A stretch of DNA of 64,000 nucleotides, taken from the NCBI GenBank assembly GCA_017547845.1, contig JAFYNZ010000026.1, positions 1,594 through 65,593 of the forward strand, read 5' to 3'. Below, in pieces: positions 58,242 to 64,000 of the stretch. Under the pieces are notes generated by a model. That model saw only the letters and a program-made list of their open reading frames with translations. It made no database searches and was not told the origin of the DNA. Every line of letters starts with the position of its first letter. Within the stretch, counting starts at the first letter, position 1. The stretch is from Muribaculaceae bacterium (GTDB lineage: Bacteria > Bacteroidota > Bacteroidia > Bacteroidales > Muribaculaceae). Made by a program: the position numbers and the translations under genes.

Positions 58242-60473
58242 ATGACCCAAGATAAACAAATGTCTCATCAAGAAGAGGAGCACATGATAGAATCTGCCTA
58301 TCAAGAGGTGCTACAAGCATATATAAACTCTAATCATCGAAAGAAAGTAGAGATTATAGAGCGAGCTTATCGATTTGCTCGAGAGGCTCATAAGGGTGTG
58401 CGCCGTCGCAGTGGCGAGCCCTATATTCTTCACCCTATCTCTGTTGCCAAGATTGTGATTTCCGAAATGGGACTCGGGTCGACATCTATCTGTGCGGCAT
58501 TGCTGCACGATGTGGTGGAGGACACTGAGTACACCAAGGAAGACATCGAGGCAGGGTTTGGCAAAAAGATTGCCGACATTGTCGAGGGTTTGACTAAAAT
58601 CTCCGGCGGTATTTTCGGCGACAAGGCATCGGTGCAAGCGGAGAATTTCCGCAAGTTGCTACTTTCGATGTCGACCGATGTCAGAGTGGTGCTTATCAAG
58701 ATGGCCGACCGCCTTCACAATATGCGCACACTCGGCTCAATGCGTCCCGAAAAGCAATACAAGATTGCCGGCGAGACGCTTTATGTCTATGCTCCGTTGG
58801 CTCATCGTCTGGGTCTGTTTAAGCTCAAAAATGAGTTGGAAGACCTTGCTTTCAAGTATGAGCATCCACAGCGCTACAAGGAGATTATGGAGTATGTCGA
58901 CCAGTCGCAACAGCACCGCGACAAGATAGTCGAAGAATTTGTCGCGCCGGTGCGTCGCAAGCTCGACGAAGCCGGATTTACCTACGAGATTGCCGCTCGT
59001 GTCAAGAGTGCCTACAGCATCTACAACAAGATGGAGAAGAAGCATGTTTCGCTCGATGAGATTTACGACATCTATGCTGTCAGGGTGGTGTTCGAGAACG
59101 AAGACGACGCCCTCGAGAAGATACGTTGCTGGCAGATCTATACTTTCTTTACCGATGGCCACCGCACTCACCCCGACCGTCTGCGTGACTGGCTGAGTAC
59201 GCCTAAAGCCAATGGTTATCGCGCTCTCCACCTCACTGCTATGGGTCCCGAGGGCAAATGGATTGAGGTGCAGATACGCTCTCGCAAGATGCACGAGATT
59301 GCCGAACTCGGTTATGCCGCCCACTGGAAATACAAGACAGGCGACCACGACGATGACTCGGAACTCGACAACTGGATGAATACCATCAAGGACATCCTTG
59401 CCAATCCCGAGCCGAGTGCAATCGACTTTCTCGATACTATCAAGCTAAATCTCTATGCATCAGAGATATATGTATTCACCCCGAAGGGTGACCTGCAGAC
59501 ATTGCCGAAGGGTGCGACAGTGCTCGACCTTGCGTTTGCAATCCACACCCAGCTCGGTACGCACTGCATAGCCGGCAAGATCAACCACCGTCTTGTGCCG
59601 TTGTCCTATGAGCTTTCAAGTGGTGACCAAGTCGAAATCATCACCTCCGAAACTCAGACACCACAAGTCGAATGGCTGCAATATTGCCACACGGCCAAGG
59701 CGCAGAGCAGCGTTCGCTCGATCCTTCGTAAGGACCGCCGCACTCTCATTGCCCATGGCTCACGACTCTTCGCCGACTTCATGGCCAAAGAGGGTATCAC
59801 TCCGACCAACGAGATTATCTCTAAGATTTTGGGCCGTTTCCACCTTCAAAATCGCGACGAACTCTACGAAATGCTCGCTCGCGACGAGATACTCTTGCCG
59901 GTCGACGAATTGCATAAGATGAACGAGGAGAGCAAGCAGTCGCTATTCAGCAAGTTGCTCCGCAACCCATTCTCTACCAAAAAGAAAGAGGAGACCGATA
60001 GCGAGCCTCGTCAGAAGATTAATCGCAAAGAGGTCTATGTGCTTTATCCTCACGACAAATCGCCCAACTATCGCATCGACAGTTGTTGCTCTCCGATTCC
60101 GGGCGACGACGTGCTCGGTTTTGTCGACGATGAGGAGAGAGTGGTGCTTCACCGTGCCGACTGCGTAGCGGCAACGCGACTGAAGAGCACTTATGGGCAT
60201 CGTCTGGTGGCGACGCGCTGGGAGGGCTTGTCCGACCGCTTCGTGGTGACTATCAGCATTGATGGCATCGACCGCATGGGTATGCTGGAGGACTTGACCA
60301 AGGTGTTGACGCGCGAACTAAGCATCAACATTCGCGGACTGAACATATCAGCCCACCACGATGTTTTCCACTGCGACTTGACGGTGCAAGTCGATTCGAC
60401 TGCTACGGTCGACTTGATTTGTGCATCGCTTAAGAGGATTGACGGTGTTAAATTTGCAAAACGTATTTCATGA
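58242..60473 (+). CDS. rel: Bifunctional (p)ppGpp synthetase/hydrolase (long RSH)
   Basis: RRSGEPYILHP, LLHDVVED, KMADRLHNMRTL, GYRALH, EVQIR, TGS and ACT domains. Confidence 0.95.
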   Translation: MTQDKQMSHQEEEHMIESAYQEVLQAYINSNHRKKVEIIERAYRFAREAHKGVRRRSGEPYILHPISVAKIVISEMGLGSTSICAALLHDVVEDTEYTKEDIEAGFGKKIADIVEGLTKISGGIFGDKASVQAENFRKLLLSMSTDVRVVLIKMADRLHNMRTLGSMRPEKQYKIAGETLYVYAPLAHRLGLFKLKNELEDLAFKYEHPQRYKEIMEYVDQSQQHRDKIVEEFVAPVRRKLDEAGFTYEIAARVKSAYSIYNKMEKKHVSLDEIYDIYAVRVVFENEDDALEKIRCWQIYTFFTDGHRTHPDRLRDWLSTPKANGYRALHLTAMGPEGKWIEVQIRSRKMHEIAELGYAAHWKYKTGDHDDDSELDNWMNTIKDILANPEPSAIDFLDTIKLNLYASEIYVFTPKGDLQTLPKGATVLDLAFAIHTQLGTHCIAGKINHRLVPLSYELSSGDQVEIITSETQTPQVEWLQYCHTAKAQSSVRSILRKDRRTLIAHGSRLFADFMAKEGITPTNEIISKILGRFHLQNRDELYEMLARDEILLPVDELHKMNEESKQSLFSKLLRNPFSTKKKEETDSEPRQKINRKEVYVLYPHDKSPNYRIDSCCSPIPGDDVLGFVDDEERVVLHRADCVAATRLKSTYGHRLVATRWEGLSDRFVVTISIDGIDRMGMLEDLTKVLTRELSINIRGLNISAHHDVFHCDLTVQVDSTATVDLICASLKRIDGVKFAKRIS

Positions 60474-60499
60474 TAAATGATTGATAATAAGCAGATAAG

Positions 60500-62539
60500 A
60501 TGATGAAAAAGATATTCACAAAACTCAACATGCTCAGAGTGGCATTGTTTATCGGCGCTCTGGCTTTGATACTGCTGTCGTTGCCTCGCACCGACCACAA
60601 GACCTACATCTACGAGGTGAATCACCCTTGGAGTTATCCACTCTTGACAGCACAGTTTGACGTGCCTATATTGCCTGACTCATCAGCTATCATAAAGCTT
60701 CAGGACAGCATTGACCGACAGTTTGTGCCGTTTGTAATAGAGGAACGCGAAATAGCCGAGCAGAATATCGAGGCATTCCGTAAGGTGGTCAAAGAAAACA
60801 ATGTGGTGGAGGGGGATTGGCTCGTCTCCATGCTCAGCACGATTTACAATAGGGGTATCCTCGACAATTCTGTCCATGAGCGAGTGGTGCAAGGCGATAT
60901 GGACCATCTACGCACCACCCACCACGACGAGGCCGACAATTTCATCTCCTCGCTCCCTGCATCGTCGATGCTCACATCTCGTCAGGCTTATCTGCTCATC
61001 GACTCCATCTATAGCACCAAAGTCACCAAGGTGGACCTGTCGGTGTCGCAAATCAACAACTATCTCGAGCCTAATGTGCTTCCCGACAAGGAGGCTGACG
61101 AGAAATTCCGCAACCAAGAGTATCTTAACGTGACCGGTGCTCAAGGCATCATAAAGCAGGGACAACGCATCGTCGACCGAGGTGAAATCATCACTCCTCA
61201 GATTTACAAAAACTTGCAAGTCTACGAGACCATGTTGTCGCAAAACTCATCGATGTCGGGTAGCGAAAACTTCTACATGCTCGGACAGGGTGTCTACATT
61301 CTGATAGTGCTTGGCATGTTCTATCTCTTCTTGATGGTCTATCGCAAAAGTTTGTTCAACAATGTGCGACAGATCACGTTCTTGATGACGTTTATCACAC
61401 TCTTCACGGTGTTTACGATATTCATGGCAGAGTACTTCACGCTGGGATTGTATCTCTCGCCATTTGCAGCCGTGCCGGTCATCATCTTGATATTTTTTGA
61501 CTCACGCACAGCGATATTCTCACTCATTGCATCGGTATTGCTATGTGTGTTGGTTGCGCCTAACCAGTTCCAATTCATCTTCATAGAGATGGTGGTGGGA
61601 CTTGTGGCGACATTCAGCATTCAGCAGTTGTCGCGTCGTTCGCAATTGTTGCGCACCGCGCTGTATGCGTTCATCTCCTACTCTATATGCTACGTGGTGA
61701 CATTCGTGCTCGACAATGGCAGCATAGATGCTCTCAGTTGGCGTGTCTTCACTGTATTTGGCATCAATTCCGTAATCCTCTCGTTTGCCTATGTCTTGAT
61801 TTTCGTCATTGAGAAGGTCTTCGGTTTCACATCGACTGTGACTCTTGTAGAACTTAGCGACATCAACAATCCGTTGCTTCGCCGTCTTGCAGAGCAAGCG
61901 CCGGGCACGTTCCAACACTCAATTCAGGTGTCGACACTTGCAGCCGATGCTGCCAGAGCCATCGGAGCCAATACGCAGCTCGTGCGTACAGGTGCTCTCT
62001 ATCACGACATTGGCAAGATGGAGAGCCCGATATTCTTCACCGAAAATCAGCATGGTGTCAATCCTCACAACGGACTCGACCCCGATGTCAGCGCGCGCAA
62101 GATTATTTCTCACGTTACAGCCGGCTTGAATCTCGCAGCCAAAGAGAAACTCCCGAGAGTGATACGCGACTTCATCTTGGAGCACCACGGCAAGGGTGTG
62201 ACCAAGTATTTCTACACTACGGCTCTCAATGAGGCGGGCGACCAGCCTGTCGACAAGGCAGCGTTCACATATCCCGGTCCTAATCCTCATAGCAAGGAGA
62301 CTGTCATCATGATGATGGCTGACGCCATCGAGGCGGCATCTCGCAGTCTGAAGACCTACACATCTGAGTCTATCGGCAACCTTGTCGACAACATTATCGA
62401 CGGTCAGATGATGGACGGTCTCTACAAGGATTCGCCGATTTCGTTCCGCGAGATAGAGATTGTCAAAAATACGTTCAAAATGCGTCTGGGCACAATCTAC
62501 CATTCGCGTGTGGAATATCCGACGCTTAATCGCCCTTGA
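60500..62539 (+). CDS. 7TM-HD (HDIG) phosphohydrolase, PgpH-like
   Basis: Extracytoplasmic domain, 7 TM, APGTFQHS, YHDIGK, FTENQ, EHHG, MADAIEAASRS. Confidence 0.9.
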   Translation: MMKKIFTKLNMLRVALFIGALALILLSLPRTDHKTYIYEVNHPWSYPLLTAQFDVPILPDSSAIIKLQDSIDRQFVPFVIEEREIAEQNIEAFRKVVKENNVVEGDWLVSMLSTIYNRGILDNSVHERVVQGDMDHLRTTHHDEADNFISSLPASSMLTSRQAYLLIDSIYSTKVTKVDLSVSQINNYLEPNVLPDKEADEKFRNQEYLNVTGAQGIIKQGQRIVDRGEIITPQIYKNLQVYETMLSQNSSMSGSENFYMLGQGVYILIVLGMFYLFLMVYRKSLFNNVRQITFLMTFITLFTVFTIFMAEYFTLGLYLSPFAAVPVIILIFFDSRTAIFSLIASVLLCVLVAPNQFQFIFIEMVVGLVATFSIQQLSRRSQLLRTALYAFISYSICYVVTFVLDNGSIDALSWRVFTVFGINSVILSFAYVLIFVIEKVFGFTSTVTLVELSDINNPLLRRLAEQAPGTFQHSIQVSTLAADAARAIGANTQLVRTGALYHDIGKMESPIFFTENQHGVNPHNGLDPDVSARKIISHVTAGLNLAAKEKLPRVIRDFILEHHGKGVTKYFYTTALNEAGDQPVDKAAFTYPGPNPHSKETVIMMMADAIEAASRSLKTYTSESIGNLVDNIIDGQMMDGLYKDSPISFREIEIVKNTFKMRLGTIYHSRVEYPTLNRP

Positions 62540-62684
62540 ATAGTGGAATTAAGCGGTGTATAACACTTTGAGACTCAGTCGATTGTGCGACTTATTAACA
62601 TATTAAGTTTGTTTAGCACAAAAAATTGTGAATTCTCGTCTAAATATTATTACTTTGCACTCAATTTCACAGAATAACTGAAAA

Positions 62685-63485
62685 ATGGGTAAAATAATAG
62701 CCATAGCAAATCAGAAGGGTGGTGTCGGAAAGACCACCACAGCTATCAACCTTGCTGCCTGCCTCGCGGCCGACGGCAAGAAGGTGTTGCTTATTGATGC
62801 CGACTCTCAAGCCAATGCTACATCGGGTCTGGGTATCGACCCTAAAGAGCCGGAAGCATCTATCTACGAATGCCTCGTAGACGACTATCCGATAAAGAGC
62901 GCGATGCAGCCGACTTGTGTCAAGGGCTTGAACATCGTTGTCTCTCGTATTGACTTGGTCGGTGCTGAGTTTGAACTCATCAATCGTGAGCAGCGTGAGC
63001 GCGTGTTGCAGAAAGCAATCGCGCCGGTAGTAGATGATTTTGACTGCATTTTGATTGACTGTAGCCCGTCGTTGGGCTTTATCCCGGTCAACGCCTTGAC
63101 GGCTGCCGACTCGGTGATTATCCCTGTGCAAGCGGAATATTTTGCACTCGAAGGTATCAGTCAGTTGCTCAATACTATACGCATCATCAAGAGCCGACTC
63201 AATCCGTCGCTCGAAATCGAGGGCTTCTTGTTGACCATGTACGACGCTCGTCTTCGTCTTGCCAACCAGATCTACGAAGAACTCAAGGGCTACTTCGCAG
63301 AGATGGTCTTCTCGACCGTTATCCCTCGCAATATCAAGCTCTCGGAAGCTCCAAGCCACGGCCTTCCTGTTATCCTCTACGACAACGACAGTCGCGGTGC
63401 GATCAGCTATCGTCAGCTCGCTAAAGAACTCGTCAGCCGCAATCGCAAGGCGAAAGCCGCTGCTAAAAAGAACGCTAACCAATAA
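62685..63485 (+). CDS. parA: Chromosome partitioning ATPase ParA/Soj
   Basis: NQKGGVGKTTT, IDADSQANAT, IDCSPSLG, EAPSHG. Confidence 0.95.
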   Translation: MGKIIAIANQKGGVGKTTTAINLAACLAADGKKVLLIDADSQANATSGLGIDPKEPEASIYECLVDDYPIKSAMQPTCVKGLNIVVSRIDLVGAEFELINREQRERVLQKAIAPVVDDFDCILIDCSPSLGFIPVNALTAADSVIIPVQAEYFALEGISQLLNTIRIIKSRLNPSLEIEGFLLTMYDARLRLANQIYEELKGYFAEMVFSTVIPRNIKLSEAPSHGLPVILYDNDSRGAISYRQLAKELVSRNRKAKAAAKKNANQ

Positions 63486-63491
63486 TCCAAT

Positions 63492-64000
63492 ATGGCTCAG
63501 AAACGTAACGCACTCGGAAGAGGTCTCAACTCCCTGATTTCGATGGGAGACATTCGCACTGACGGCTCGTCGGCTATCAGCGAAATCAGTCTCGACCTTA
63601 TCAGTCCAAATCCCGACCAGCCACGTCGCAACTTCGACGAGGAGGCGCTCGAGGAATTGTCGGCTTCAATCCGTGAGTTGGGCATCATTCAGCCTCTATC
63701 GTTGAGAAAACTCGATGACGGCACATATCAGATTATTGCCGGTGAACGTCGTTGGCGTGCATCTCGCATGGCGGGATTGACCACAGTCCCTGCTTATGTG
63801 CGCACTGTCAGCGATGTCGAAATCACCGAAATGGCGCTGATCGAAAACATTCAGCGTGAGGACCTCAATGCTATCGAAATCGCATTGACTTTCAAGAAAC
63901 TCATCGACCAATACGACCTTACACAAGACCGTCTCTCGGAGCGTGTCGGCAAGAAGCGTGCGACTATCGCCAACCACCTTCGCCTGCTCAAGCTCCCTGC
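63492..64000 (+). CDS. parB: ParB/Spo0J (runs off the window end; absent from the ORF track)
   Basis: MAQKRNALGRGLNSLI...NPDQPRRNF...GIIQP...IAGERRWRA...ALIENIQREDLN. Confidence 0.95.
   Translation, partial: MAQKRNALGRGLNSLISMGDIRTDGSSAISEISLDLISPNPDQPRRNFDEEALEELSASIRELGIIQPLSLRKLDDGTYQIIAGERRWRASRMAGLTTVPAYVRTVSDVEITEMALIENIQREDLNAIEIALTFKKLIDQYDLTQDRLSERVGKKRATIANHLRLLKLP

Noticed and set aside
62540-64000. parS site or replication origin near parAB
   Set aside because: No GTTTCACGTGAAAC-like palindrome or DnaA-box cluster was seen in the window.

Overview
Chromosomal segment of a Bacteroidales bacterium, probably Muribaculaceae-like. The assignment is inferred from TAnnTTTG promoter elements, a T9SS cargo protein, gldE and the Bacteroidales-type gene orders nadK-pdxJ-exbBD and lptE-secG. 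Most of the window is housekeeping (aroK, argS, purN, nadK, pdxJ, exbBD, lptE, secG, rel, parAB) with accessory genes interspersed. Two features stand out. (1) At 34.5-41.1 kb there is a compact six-gene phage head/lysis module (scaffold-like, major capsid, adaptor-like, u-spanin-like, P22-type portal, tail/nozzle-like). It has intact, translationally coupled ORFs and a canonical host promoter, but no integrase, terminase, replication or repressor gene, so it is a candidate domesticated capsid or gene-transfer-agent-like system. (2) A secreted PEGA + 2x FGE/CLec protein at 45.9-48.8 kb has two domain ends with a diversity-generating-retroelement (DGR) mutagenesis signature, yet no reverse transcriptase (RT) or template repeat (TR) is in the window. 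Also present: a steroid/bile-acid 5-alpha/5-beta reductase + SDR operon, a PurN-CD225 fusion with an A10 tract in the linker, a dispersed promoter-carrying repeat, operator-like palindromes before the Fic and ATPase-nuclease genes, a candidate rod-shaped ~100-nt RNA and a 30-aa hydrophobic peptide gene. No rRNA, tRNA, CRISPR array or transposase was recognised. All calls come from reading motifs by eye; no database searches were run.
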